DNA of 63,904 nucleotides, counting the filler, from Bigelowiella natans CCMP2755 (taxonomy: Eukaryota > Protista > Cercozoa), in assembly GCA_000320545.1 (NCBI GenBank). It is 9 parts of 9 records of this genome, joined end to end, with 100 filler letters (N's around TTAATTAATTAA, not from the genome) between each part and the next. Parts side by side here need not be neighbours in the genome. Positions count along the whole stretch, not along the records: positions 19,327 to 38,697 come from ADNK01000178.1; positions 38,798 to 44,872 come from ADNK01000997.1; 7 more parts are not named here. One strand, given 5' to 3'. Position numbers and translations under genes: made by a program. The first letter of the stretch is position 1; every line of letters begins with the position of its first letter. Of this stretch, positions 26,300 through 39,124 are shown piece by piece. The notes below the pieces were generated by a model. That model was not told where the DNA came from. It was given only the letters and a program-made list of their open reading frames with translations, and made no database searches.

Positions 26300-27540
26300 A
26301 AAATGGATGGCTTCACCGCTGGGGGATGGCAAGCTGTTTGCTGTTGGCGGGGCTAACGACAAAGATGTTCCTCACACATCGGGGAAACATCTTCGCATTG
26401 CTATGCAGCCTGCTTCCTACACACATCGGGTTCTTTCTTGAAATGGTTGAAAATGCGGTCATTCATAGCCATCTACAACCTCGCTCATTGGACAAATGTG
26501 GACTTTCATCACTTTTTCTCTTAGTTTGCGATGAAATCCAGGATTCCGTCCGGTGTTGAAATGTCTGTTGCGAGGACGACACCCCAAGTTCATCGTCAAC
26601 GCCACAGATTTGTCTGCTGTGCCACTTTTGGTCACTTGCTCATTGTCACTCATGTTGATCTCATGGTGAGATGTTTCTTTGAATGAAAATCATGGTTGGA
26701 TGTTCTGTGAAAGTCATTGACAGGAATCCTTTTGCTAACAGAACATGAAGCATGTTGTTGTTAAGCATGCATGTTGTGGCATCGCATGCTAGCATGTCAG
26801 CACACAGCACGCAGTCGCACATTGGCACATCTAGACATGGCAATCGCAAATCAGCACAGCACATGGCAGCAGCATGTCAGCACATGAAGCGTTGCACAAA
26901 ATGCAGTTTTGGAGCAAAATGCCGTTTTGAAACAATGCGCACAGCAATGTGAGCAACATCGATAGCGGTGCGCACGACACACAAGCATGCGCTGCCGCGT
27001 GCTGTTGCATGGCTTGCACGGTTCGGTGCACGTGTGCATTCTGGATTGCGCGTGCGTGCATTGCGCATTGCACGCACGCACGTGCACGCTGCATTGCTGC
27101 AATGCTAGAATGCGAGCGGCGCAGCTGCACGCTAGCTGCGTGCGAACGTGTGCTGCCACCAACAACATTGTGCGACGCTGTTTCGTTGAACAGCAAATCA
27201 TTGCACAAAGACGTCTTTGATTCACAACTTGACGCAGCAGCATGTGCTGCTGCGTGCAGGAATCGTGCGTTTTGCCATGTCGTGCGTGCAGAGCTGCTCG
27301 TCTACAAGTGTCTGCGTTTCGTCGGCGCGCGTTGTGCGCAGCGCAGCTGGCTGCCAGCTGCGCGCCGTCGTCGCATTGCACTTCATTGTTGCAGCTGTGC
27401 GATGCCACAGTCGCATCGCTTTGCGAGTCGATGGGGGCTTGCCCACATCGCAGATGCCGCCATTGGCGGTTGCAATGATTTGTCATCATTGCTTGTTGCA
27501 CATCACACACATTGGAAAAATTCAATTTGATTGATCACAT
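26300..27540. mobile_element. Hypermutated repeat relic (TA-depleted, TG/CA/CG-rich)
   Basis: No RTAY tetramer found on manual scan; overlapping long Cys/His/Ala-rich ORFs on both strands because TAA/TAG stops are scarce. Confidence 0.6.
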
Positions 27541-27610
27541 CCGTCTCACAACGAATCATCAGCATCAGAAAATACTAACGTTTCTACATTCTTTTCTCGT
27601 TCTCAAGGAC

Positions 27611-27651
<41 letters not shown>

Positions 27652-27756
27652 ATATCGCAGCAGGCCATTACATTACACATTTGAGTTTTGGAAGCATAAG
27701 GCGGCTCAAGAGCGCATCCATTCGAAAAGATTTGGACACGCACGCATGCATCATAG

Positions 27757-28425
27757 CTACACTTCTGCAAGAGTGTCTTCATCATCAACCGCGCCCATGG
27801 GGGGTTTGCCTTGTTCCTTGGCCTCTTTCCTATCGTTGTTGCTGCGCATCCCAACCTAAAGAAGAAGAAGAAGGAGGAGGAGGAGGAGGAGGCATTGTCG
27901 TCAGCAGCTTAAACCAGCCGCCAGAGATGACGTATGAGGTGCAGCGTGCAAAGGTAAGATCGGTCTACCCGACACTACACGAAGCCTGACGGCATATCAT
28001 GTAATCTGCGCGCACATTTCTCTTCCTGCAATGATTCGTCCCCCCCCCTAATCTTCCCTCCTCTTCTTCCAACTAATAACCTGATTGCTCGGTGCGGCGT
28101 CGTCTTCGTTAGCACCCCCAGCTCCAGCTGTACTATCACTACTATTCGTATTCCCCTCGATCACGGGGGGGGCATCCTTCATGAGCCCCCCGCCGCTGTT
28201 GCCGTTGTTTGTCTGCTCTCCCGGCCATATGAATGATGTCACGTAGTTGTAAATCCCCTGCTCCCTCATCAGTTCCCGCACCATATCTTGCTCCTCATCC
28301 GAGAAGCAGAGCACCTGTAGCGCAGAAGAAGAAGCAGCAGCACGCACAATCACGCACATCTGTGGCGACCTTCATGTGTTGGAAGGTGTAATATACATCG
28401 TGCATATACTTGATATAAGTGTTCC

Positions 28426-28461
<36 letters not shown>

Positions 28462-28832
28462 TATCATCATCATCCCTAGCAGCTGCTCTTTATGTCTTTT
28501 GGCGTGTTCTCTGCGTTTTCTCCTTCCTCCTCCTCCTTCTTCACAGTCTACTCCTCCCACTGTTACTACTACAACTACTACTACAACTACTACTACTACT
28601 ACCTTGGCGACAACAGGGTAGAGAGCTACTTGTGCCTGCGAGTCATCCTTGAGCTGCATGAACTTGACCATTATCGCTTTAAGATAGTCCACGTTCACCA
28701 TCGATCGTTTCTAAGCAAAAGCGGTGGCGGCGTCGTCGTCAAGAGAGAGAAGGCAGCAGCATGCGCCAGAGCAGGAAGAGGACGGTCAGGGAGAGAAGAT
28801 ACGTTTCAAAATTTTCAAAAACAATTCTATCA

Positions 28833-28876
<44 letters not shown>

Positions 28877-30675
28877 CCCCCCCCCCCCATCCGTGCGTGC
28901 GCGTAGGAAAGAGAGGGAGAGAGAGAGAGGGAGAGACAGCATCACCACCCCTACTACTACTACCACTACTACTACTACTACGACTACCACAACTGCAACC
29001 ACCTTGGATAAACGCTCGGCCTCAAGCTGCTCAGACAGCGTGTGTATCTCATCTCGGTACCTCGCGATGGTGTCGCGCTGCTGCTCTATGATGTGCATGT
29101 GGCCTTTCATCTGGTCGCTCACCTGTCGGATCCGGTGCTCCCTCCGCGCCTGCAGCTCGGCCAGCTCGAAGATGCGTCGCTCGTCGGGCTTTCCGGTGGC
29201 GATCTGGTCCTGCAGCCGCTTGAGCTCCTTCTCCACCTTGTCGAGCTCCCCGGACTTGGCGCGCATGGCCTTCTTCGCCTCGATGCGGTGCGCCGTGAGT
29301 TCGGCGAGGAGGCGGCTGTAGCGCTCCTCCTCCTGGTTCTTCACCTCGGAGAGCTGCTTCTCGTGCCCCTGCTTGGCGTCCGCGTGCGCCTCTATCAGCT
29401 CCGCGTTCATCGTTTCGCGCTCCTGCAGCTGCTGCTCGAGCAACTCTACCCTGACGGCGTACTCGCCCAGCTTGCTCTCGGCCTCTTTCTTCGCGTCGAG
29501 GGCCTCGTCGCGCTCCTTAAGTCGGGATCCGTTCTCAGCTTCCAATTGCTTTACCTTGTTCTCGAGCTGTGAGATCTTATCCTACAATTTTGTATCGTTG
29601 TGTGTGTGTGTGTGTGTGTGTATGTGTGTGTGTGTTGTGTGGTGAAATAGATGTTCCAAATGGTCAACGTTGACGTTGGCTTGTTTTTTTCCTTCCCAAA
29701 GGACTCTTTCTTTGTTCCTGCCACTTTAGTTACGATCGCGCCACCACCACCAGCAGCAGCAGCAGCAGCATCACCTTATTTCGAATAAGCTGCTGGGTCC
29801 AGACCTCCTTCTCTCGATTCAGCTCTTGCTTCTGTTGAATGAATATCCTCTCTGACTGCTCGGACGGGGCGGCAGCAGAGCGGTCCCGCATCAACTTCGT
29901 GTCGCTTTTGAGCTGTGTGACACTCGATGTGAGGCGCTCATTGTCAGTCCGCAAAGTGGTGCACTCTTTTCGGGCGAGAAGCAGTTGCTGTGTCAAGCTA
30001 GCGATGTGCCGCCGCTTTTGCTCTCCGCCCACAGCTCGCAGCTTCTTGTTTTCCTCCATGAGTTTCGACACCTCCTGTCGCAAGCGTGCTTCCTCCCCAC
30101 TGGATTCTCCGTCCCCCCCCTCCCCGGTTTCATCTCTCAATAACTCCGCGAACTGGATAGCGTCCACGGCCTTCTTCTTGTACTCCTCCACCGTGTTTTG
30201 CAGACTCTGTATCATGTCTACCTGTTCATTGGAAGGGGACGCGGCAGCCTCCAGCAACCTCAGTTTCAGCGCCTTAATCTCATCCCGCAAAACTGTTGTT
30301 TCTTTGGGGTGCGACGAAGAGGCATTTGAGCCACTGCTGTGGGTGATCTTCCTCATTTCAGTTTCATGTGCCTTCTTCTGGGCCTCCATCAGCTGACTCT
30401 GCGTGTGGATTTTGTCCGACATGTCGTCAATCTGTGCCTGCAACTCGAGGACTTTAGATTTTGCGGCATCGGCCTCTGTCTTGAGGCTCTGATGCTTCCG
30501 CACCTGAGAACCAACAGATTAGAGTAGTCGTTGTTAATAGTCGAAAATGACCAGAAGCGCGCTTTTGGCGCCCACTTACCACACTCTGGTGCTTGCCCTC
30601 CACGATCTTGCATCTTTCTTGGAGTTTTCTAATGAGCTTTATCAGCTTCTTACGCGAAATCTTGTCCTCGGCCAT
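27757..30675 (-). CDS. GRIP-domain golgin (long coiled coil plus C-terminal GRIP domain); exact last exon uncertain
   Basis: Long coiled-coil exons 29730-30503 and 29000-29570; VNVDYLKAIMVKFMQLKDDSQAQVALYPVVAK|VLCFSDEEQ is the GRIP consensus with its conserved Tyr. Confidence 0.88.
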
Positions 30676-31279
30676 GATAGCGTTGAGGAAGTGGCACGCT
30701 GGATGACGTGTGCGGCCTCAGCAGCCGAATTCGGCTCTAATGCAAAGAGAATCATCTTTTAACCACACAGACTTCCGATAGAAGAGTCTACATCTATATT
30801 CCTAGCCCATACCTCTTCACAATTCCTCCCTGCCACTCGTCGTCCCTCCGTGCTGGGTTGGTGAAGCTGCTTGCCGGCGGGCGGTGCTTATCTAAAGGGG
30901 AGGAGCAACGAAGGTGCAACAAAATCGATTTTGGGATTGGATTTGAATAAGCGACAACTCAAAAAATCGTACAATCTCCTTTTTTACGAGTGCGACATGG
31001 AAAATTATCGTAAAAACATTGTATGTTGTCAATCACTGTTGTCGCTTTTGCGCATTTGGGGAAATTTCTGCTCAATTTTGCCTTCAGTGGATGGAAGTTA
31101 TACTATTCAGAATATTGTAAGAGTGCGACATAGAAATATCCTTGACGTAAGTCGACATTTAGCACTATATCCCAGGCGTAGCGGATAGGTTGCGAGGCCC
31201 CCCTACGTCCACTGTCCACTGGGTCCAAACGGAAATAAACTATTACTGGCTTCGCAGATAGGAAATTTGTGAAACCATC

Positions 31280-33090
31280 ATGCTCAGAGTGGCTACAGGG
31301 GTCACACGACGCCAACGGCAAATTGTGGGTGTTCACGGGCTGAGGCGGTCGTTCGCAGGCCAAAGCAAGTTGCCGGGCTTTCAGTTTCCCCCAGAGGAGG
31401 AAGAGGTTATCAAGGAACGAGAGGCAAAATTTGAGGAGGAGCTGGAAGTGATGAAACTGGAGGAGGAGGAACGGATAGCAAAGGACAAAGAAGCCATTGA
31501 AGCGAACAAGGAAATCTTGGAGGAAAGCAAGAAGTTTGCTAATCGCGGAAAATCAATAGAGTTTTCTTCCCGCCCCTTCGATTCGCGCGAAGATGATCCC
31601 AACCCCCTCTCTCCAGATACTATGGATCTTAGTGAGGATATTCTTGACAAGATCGTCACTGATGCTCGAAAGCTTCCCTCGAGCTACCTTCAAGGGCGGT
31701 TGTTATCATTTGGTGGTGACGGTCAGCTGCAAATGGAGGATCCAAACCTGCAGGACCACCTTCTTGCAATGGAGACGAACCAAAAGAAAAGGGTGAAGGG
31801 TGCGGTCAAAAGCGTGGACGAAGAATTCCAAACCTTTTTCGACATCAAAGAGCAGCCTAAGTTGGACGAGGAAATAAGGGAGAAGTTCAACTTAGATCTA
31901 TATGATAATATAGACAAGCTGTTAAGCCATGAAGAATGGGACCGGGAGGTTGCGGAAAAAAGAATGACGGACTTCAAGGAAGCCACTAAGAAAAGCCGTG
32001 TATCTGACGATGACACCATCCGAGGGAGGATGAAGGATACTTTGCCAAAGCGCCAGAAAGCCATTGCTACAAAGCAAGAAATTCCCTACAGCGAAAGCTT
32101 TACTGCGGATGGAGACATCGACCCTCGGTTTAAGGAAGACCGAGCGGCCTTCACAGAAGAGCCGCTGGACACATTCGCCTCCACCCCTGCATATGACGAA
32201 TTCGACGAGTTCCGTATTAAGTATGGAATGAACCTGTTCGACGAGAAGGACGACAACCCCTTCGCACCCTTGGAGGCACATATTTCAAGCAGTGGATCTA
32301 GTGAAAGTGACCATGACTGGGACCTTGAAGGAAAGCTGCATCCGGTGCAAATCACAGCCGACACGCTCCGGGTCAGCGGTCCAACCCAGGAGGTACTGTG
32401 GCACCTTAACACGAAGGACAAAGACCGTTTCACTCCCAAACGCTTGGCGCAACTGTTTGAGCTGCGCCCGATCGTGGTCAAAGACATCATTGAGATGAAG
32501 GAGGAGGAGAAACAGATGATCAAAAATGGCGAAGAAACTACCGGGTTGGAATGGTGGTTCATGGCTGATATCGGCGAGTATAACTACATGAACGGGGACT
32601 ACGTCGAACTGCCGTACACGCAGTTCATGAATCATAAGTATGCAGACCTGGATGAAAAGAAGAGTCATCGCCACATCGACGAGATCGAAATTGAGAAATA
32701 CAGAGGTAAGGCTGAACTCACTTTTGCATGTTTAAACTCTCCTTGAAACAACATCAGCGTCATCGCGCGTCGCTGAGAATTGGTTACGTATTTGTGTTGA
32801 CAGAATGGGACAACGAAAGACTTGCGTTTGAGCGTACGAAGAGGAAAACTGCGCAGGAGGTGGAAGAATTTGCTGGGCAGATCGTAGCTGGGAAAGAACT
32901 AGATTTACCTCGAAAAGGCAAAAGTCGTTACACATTGACAGTCACAGATCTTTCTCTTAAGAAGAAGAACATGTTCCGCGTATGGGTGAGGGAAAAACAA
33001 GGAGTTATTAGAAACGCAACTAAATTGGAGAGGGGTATGGCTATCAGGGAAGAAAGGCCCGCTATGCAGCAACAGGATGAAGCGATATAA
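31280..33090 (+). CDS. Mitochondrion-targeted protein, probably mitoribosomal mS45 (Bot1p/GCD1-like); exons 31280-32705 and 32804-33090
   Basis: Arg-rich, acid-free N-terminus MLRVATGVTRRQRQ...RRSFA; VSGPTQEVLWHLNTKDKDRFTPKRLAQLFELRPIVVKDIIEMKEEEK resembles the mS45 core; phase-consistent GT-AG intron. Confidence 0.6.
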
Positions 33091-33119
33091 AAAGATTTAC
33101 TTCTCCCCATGGTTATTTT

Positions 33120-34270
33120 GATGAACTCATAGTAACCTCATAGCCACGAATCTGCCTCCACTGATAATGGCATAGCTGCTGTGCATCACTGTAGCATGTG
33201 TAAGACACGTTACATCAAAATCGTAGCGGCGAGAAGTACAATATTATACGATGATGTATGTGCATAAAAAGCTGAATGATACTTGCATTATCTCTCTTAC
33301 TGTGTGCGCGCGCTGTAGCTGCGCATCGCAGGCCAACGTAAGCCCAAGTGCATGCAGTGTCTGTAGCACTAGCTAGCTAGAGCTGTCCAGTACTGCGTTA
33401 GCTAGATGATACGATATATGAGACGGATGTAATGAAATGTTTAAATTTTTTCAATGGTAATCCTAATGTAGCTATGCAATGTATCGTAGCGGCTACAGCG
33501 CTTAAATTGTGTCTGTTCGTTTCTTTGGTCACATGTTGCATGCATGAAAATGCATTGTGATTTGGTCTAGCTAGCTAGCATGTCGTGCTTTGCGCGCAGC
33601 TTTGCGAGTTAATTTTTCTGCGTTTGTATGAAATAACAAATCTCTACTACGATACGCTAGGCTAGCCATTTAGGCTACTGTGCGTGCTACGACTCAGTAC
33701 TAGCTAGCTATCGCTAGATCGTGGCAACAGGGCACTTATGGGCTAGCAATAGTCACAACGTGAAAATACACATATACATGCTATGTAGCCGTTTATAGCA
33801 TTGCATAGCTACATAAGGATGACTATTGAACAAATTTAATTAATAAATTACATCCATATTACATAGTATACAGTATGTACTGTGTTTATATTAGCTTATC
33901 ACAATAATTAGTAGCTATGTCGGACAAGCTATATTATTTATGAGTTTTGCAGCAGGCGTAGCATGGATCCGCAGCTGTGTTTCTACCATCGCTTATTTAT
34001 TGTGCCGTGCAGAGGTTGATGCGCCGCACATGTATATATGCGTTGGATGCTATTGTATTTACGGTTTGATCAATTGTTCCACAGCAGTGATGGCGCGAGC
34101 ATTAGCGACACTCATCAACTACTCATTTTAGTGCTAAATGCACATTACTGTGGACGTGGGCACGCAGCATGTCTAGATGTTCAGTGCATCAGCAGCGTCG
34201 TCCAAACAGAGCGTAGAGCTGACCGCGTCAGACTCATATTGCATTGATGTAATAGGTGCAGGCGTTCAAG
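33120..34270. repeat. CTAG/TAGCTA/TGCA-rich degenerate intergenic repeat relic with TA largely retained
   Basis: Dense purine-pyrimidine palindromes between convergent genes; no credible ORF. Confidence 0.5.
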
Positions 34271-34284
34271 GTGCTACTTCGTTG

Positions 34285-35100
34285 TTATGCTGCTGCACGT
34301 TCACGAACATCACTTGAAACCCTGTTCCTCTTCTGCGTTCCACCTTTCTTCTGGTGCGTATTCCGCTTCGAGTAGTATTTACGGTTGGGCTTCTTTCCTG
34401 AGTTCAAACGATCTTCTTGACCATCTTTCACCCAATCAACAGCACGTCCAAGAGCATCTCGATCATCGTTAGAGTCGACGTTCTCATCTTCATCACCCTG
34501 TGCATCATCCACACCGATAGAGCCTTCATCTTCGCTTCTTGACGTACAGGCAAGCATTTCGTCTAAGTAGTCATCAAAGCCACCGATACCCATATCATCC
34601 ACCGTGCGCTTATAGCCCTCTCTGCTTCTTTTGTCCAGAATCTTTTTATTAGGCCCTGGATTATGTGTTTCCTCTCCATCACTACTGACATGCTCTGATC
34701 CTGTTAGCTCGACACTCTTTTCGATCTGTTTTGCCTCGCGCGAGTTAAAGAAGTCAATCTCTTCGGGGATCTGCAACTCCTTTAGAAATGTTTTTCTTAG
34801 CTCGAGATCGTCGTCTTTGTCTGGCCATGACTTAAGTCGGGCCTTTGCTAGCTTCTGCCGTTGTTTGACGCTCAACTCTGGCACGTTGTTGTCCTTGGGC
34901 GTCGATTTTTTCAAAATGTCGCTAGGAGGAAGCCAGCCAGAGAAGCTTCCAGAACCCTTATTTTCGGGTTTCACAGTGTCACGTGCTTCCTGCATCCTCT
35001 TCATGTCTACTTGCCCATCTTCTGTCGACTGAGTTTCTTCCAAGCCATTACTAACGCCCTGATCCAACACACTGTGTTCAACTTCTTCATGTAAAGACAT
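34285..35100 (-). CDS. Acidic/basic low-complexity hypothetical protein, 271 aa; may have upstream exons
   Basis: Uninterrupted ORF with coding-like composition and a basic C-terminus. Confidence 0.6.
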   Translation of the reverse strand: MSLHEEVEHSVLDQGVSNGLEETQSTEDGQVDMKRMQEARDTVKPENKGSGSFSGWLPPSDILKKSTPKDNNVPELSVKQRQKLAKARLKSWPDKDDDLELRKTFLKELQIPEEIDFFNSREAKQIEKSVELTGSEHVSSDGEETHNPGPNKKILDKRSREGYKRTVDDMGIGGFDDYLDEMLACTSRSEDEGSIGVDDAQGDEDENVDSNDDRDALGRAVDWVKDGQEDRLNSGKKPNRKYYSKRNTHQKKGGTQKRNRVSSDVRERAAA

Positions 35101-35740
35101 AATTTAACTCCGTCGTTCGCACCTGGCCAATCCTACGGCGTCTGTATTCCCACCCGTTGTTCGGCCGAATAGCGCTCGTGGTCACCTGATGAAACTGCAA
35201 TTAGGAGGACTGTCAGCACCTCGCCGGACCTGTCGGATACCGTGAGAAAGAGGGTCAGCCCGAGCACGAAACCCATCATCACTCGGACACGCCTGGCCGT
35301 GGGCCTACATATCGAAGGCGAAAAACTCAACGCACAGAGGTTTATTAGCAAGGATCACCACGGAAACCTGGATGAAATAGCAGGCATGCAGGTCCAGCAT
35401 CCGGGATAGGGCTAGCCAGCCCCTTCTGGTGTTCCGAGATGTGAGCGTAAGTATAAAAACTATCCGACATTTGACCTATCATATTAATATCATGTATTGT
35501 ATCATCCAGTTTTTCGTCCTTGAAATTCCTTGATATTCGCGACTGTTCCGAGAGTACTACGGCAATATATCCCATTTTTTTCCCCCATATACTTCTAAGC
35601 AGAATTTGCTTCCGTGTTGCAGGCGGAGTAATAATCGATGCAAAACGTCCTGTATTTCTACTGTTGTAAAAGATATCACGCCACCTTAAGTCTTACACCG
35701 CATCGCGATGCTCGCCAGCTCGATCGTGTAGGGGGGAGAA

Positions 35741-36380
35741 ATGGTACGTGAAGCTGTTAGGGTTAGACACTTGGAAAGACAGCGCGGTGTCAGCAGGACA
35801 GGAGATCATGAGAAACGTGCGGTGTCGTCGAGTGAGTCGGTTGTATTCATTTGCGTTTTGGGATTACTTGCAGACTGCCGAGGAGGACCTCAAACTCCTG
35901 CATCAGGAGATCGCATCGTTCCTGCAGCGGGATGAGAAAAAGGTGGTGCGAGGAGGAGGCATAGTGGTGAGATAAGTTTGCCATGCAAGGATGCTTTGCT
36001 TTATCGGAAGAGTGACTCGTATGTGCTCATCCTCTGCTTTTCACCGTGGCTGATCGAAATCTCCTTCTTTTCCACCCTGCAGCGTCCACCCCCGTTCTCA
36101 GCAGAATCGTCATCCGGGAACGTTTACCAATGGGTCTCGATTGTGGTTAACGATGCGAAAAGGGAGCTGACCTCGAGCAGGATCGTAAGATGGGGGTTTC
36201 GGTTGCTCTTCAGCCTCACTCCTCCTAAAATTAATGCCAAACGTCAGGCGAAGGTATGGAAAAGCTCCTAGTTACCATCATCACTATCATCATCATCATC
36301 ATCGTCGTCGTCGTCGTCGTCGTTGTCACCATCATTTTTTTTCCCATTTTCGGAATTTCAAAGCGGGGTACAAAATCAAG

Positions 36381-36415
<35 letters not shown>

Positions 36416-36851
36416 AGCTTTGTGCGTGCTCGTGCATGATGAACGATGTATTTGTACTGGCTAGGTACACCCAATATTGCAACTCGTAATTAAATACATG
36501 TGCGAGATGTTGCCCGAGGCCCTTAATAGCGCTACGAAGACGACAACGACAATACCCGAAGGGAGCGACAAGTTGCGCACCACCTTCAAAGACGCCTTCC
36601 TTAGGCCTGGGTGGGTATTTAAGTTTGTAATTGTGAGGAGTGGTCCTGTGGTAAAATGGCTGTCAAACTTATCCTAGTTCACCATTGTCGTTTATGCCTC
36701 GCCACCGTCATATACACATAGGCTTGACAGTGGAGAATGCTTGAGACTGGTCCTGGCTGACGACGATAGCACCGATCTCTACCGATCCCGGAGTGGATCT
36801 CTGTGGCGTTGGTTTTACATCCTTGCCATTCATAGTCCAAAAGTAGTGAGC

Positions 36852-36890
<39 letters not shown>

Positions 36891-37286
36891 TCTAGCTTAA
36901 TGTGGTAAATATTTAACAAAAAATCAAGAGAATGAACGGGATTTTATCCGGAATATAGAGATGTTAAGATTGCCATCGATCTCAGGAAATGGTGGAACTG
37001 TTGCTCGCGACAATCAAGCATGAGAATACCGTCTGTGCTATGGAAGAGGAGGAGGGGGAGGAGGAGGATATCAAAGGGGAGAGGAGAAAACAGGTAGAGA
37101 CACCATTCGGAATCTCAAAATAAATGCTGCAATGCTGTATGTGTGGTTTTTGCTCATGTGTCGTATTTACAACTGGTAGGGTGGAGAAATAATACAAAGC
37201 GCCCTTCTCACCTGCTTTCAAGTCCTTTCTAACCACTGCTTCAATGCCGACACTGCTTCACGACAAAGTATCTCATTATACTTGCT

Positions 37287-37339
<53 letters not shown>

Positions 37340-38017
37340 TGTGCGCGCGCGCGCGCGCGCTCCGCCATGTGTAAATATTTATATTTATAAACCAAACGCC
37401 TAATTCCTGGTACCCGGGCATCTGATGGCTTTGCACTCTGATGATACACCAGGAGACCGTATGCAGCCGTCGTTCTCTTCGCCGTCCCGCACGCATTCTG
37501 CTGCTGCTGCTACTGCTGCTGCGAGAGAAGCCATTGTCTCCGCGATGAGAAAGTGTTTCCGGGCTCTCTGCCGAGTCGACGTTCCTCCTGCTCCCCCTTC
37601 CCGGGGGGAGGGGGGTAGCCGCGAGGAGGGTTATTCAGAGACACGGAGAGCAGCTCTGGCGCAGTGGCTGACGTTCTTGTTGGTCTGTTATCACCATCAC
37701 CACGATTCACATATTTTGTCGCGATGCCGACTCTACGTCGCTATAGCAGTCAGCCTTTTTCTCTCCTTAATCCCCCCAACCCACCCCCCCCCGCGCATAC
37801 TGATGCCATTTATTCCATATATCGTTCTTGCTTCCTCAACTCCAGGAGCGTTGTCCCCTCCTCACGAGTGCGATGAGTACTGATGAGGTAGCAGGGTAGA
37901 TTAGTCTGCTGTGTGCTGGAATGGGGATGGGGAGGAGGGGTTTGGTTGTGTTGGTGGCTACAGATGGCGATGGAAGAAGAAAAAGACAGTTCTACGAGTG
38001 AGCGCTCATGACCTCCC

Positions 38018-38055
<38 letters not shown>

Positions 38056-38240
38056 TCAATGATTTCATTCGCGTTAGGTCGGGACCGTGTTATACGGATG
38101 GAGGCATCTGCAGGAGTCATCCTCCAGTCGACAGGAGATCGAAGTCTTCGACGCCCTGGTTGATGATGGTTCCCCCCTCCTCCCTCATCTCCTCCACATT
38201 TTCTCGCATGTATGGAGCACAACCAGAATTGCCCTAGTCG
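35741..38240 (+). CDS. Multi-exon hypothetical helical protein; boundaries approximate
   Basis: Exon-like segments TAEEDLKLLHQEIASFLQRDEK, LQLVIKYMCEMLPEALN, AREAIVSAMRKCFRALCRV bounded by GT/AG. Confidence 0.5.
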
Positions 38241-39124
38241 TTCGTCGTGTGTGTACCTACTGCAGTCATCATTCCGAAAATCATTTGTATTTTCATTATC
38301 ATATCCTGACGACGACTCCCCCCCCCCCCCCCCCCCTTTTCGATCTTCCAAATCTTTTTCTTGATGACTTCTTCATCTTCTTTGCGAGCTTCTTGAGCTT
38401 CTCCTTTCCGGATTTCTTGACCTTGTCCTCCTCATGGTGACTTTTCTTCTTGCTCCAATACTTCCATTTCCGTGTGATTTTCTTCCTTGGAAGCGTTGAA
38501 GAGAGCATCTCAGGAACAGTCTTCCTCTACCTGCCCCCTCTTCCTCTAGGACGACTGCCTCTAGTGCAACGTTCTCACCACTGTCCAGCTCACACTGCTC
38601 TCTCCACTGGTCTACGAACTGAAATTATGGAGGATCCAGAGTGAGGGAAGATGCAAGGATCTGCTGGCCTGTCTGTTTACTCCCCACACCCCCGTTCNNN
38701 NNNNNNNNNNNNNNNNNNNNNNNNNNNNNNNNNNNNNNNNNTTAATTAATTAANNNNNNNNNNNNNNNNNNNNNNNNNNNNNNNNNNNNNNNNNNNNCCC
38801 CCCCCCCCCCTCCCCACCCAGCCGGTGGAGAGTAAAAAATTTTTTGTTTCCTCCCCCCCCCCCCCCCCCCCCCCCCCCCCATTTTTTTTTTTTTTTTTTT
38901 TTGGCACCCCCCTGGAAAAGTGACCAGGAAGGGAAAAAAATCCTTTTTGGCGTGGGGCAGGCCCCCGTACGGGAAATGGAGAAAGTCTTCCCCCAGGGAG
39001 TAGGATAGAGGGGGGAACAGTTGCAATGTAGTTGAATTTTAAAGGGGAAAATAGCGGGGGGGAAAAGCCTTTTTTTTTTTATTATTTTAGTTTTTTTGTT
39101 TTTTTTTTTAATCATTGGGCCCCC

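Noticed and set aside
26661-27534. Long Cys/His-rich ORFs as candidate metallothionein-like or overlapping genes
   Set aside because: They are open in many frames only because TA-containing stops are depleted; no coherent domain.
23560-27540. CpG-methylation decay or classical RIP as the cause of the TG/CA excess
   Set aside because: CpG remains abundant and TA is lost rather than gained, opposite to both mechanisms.
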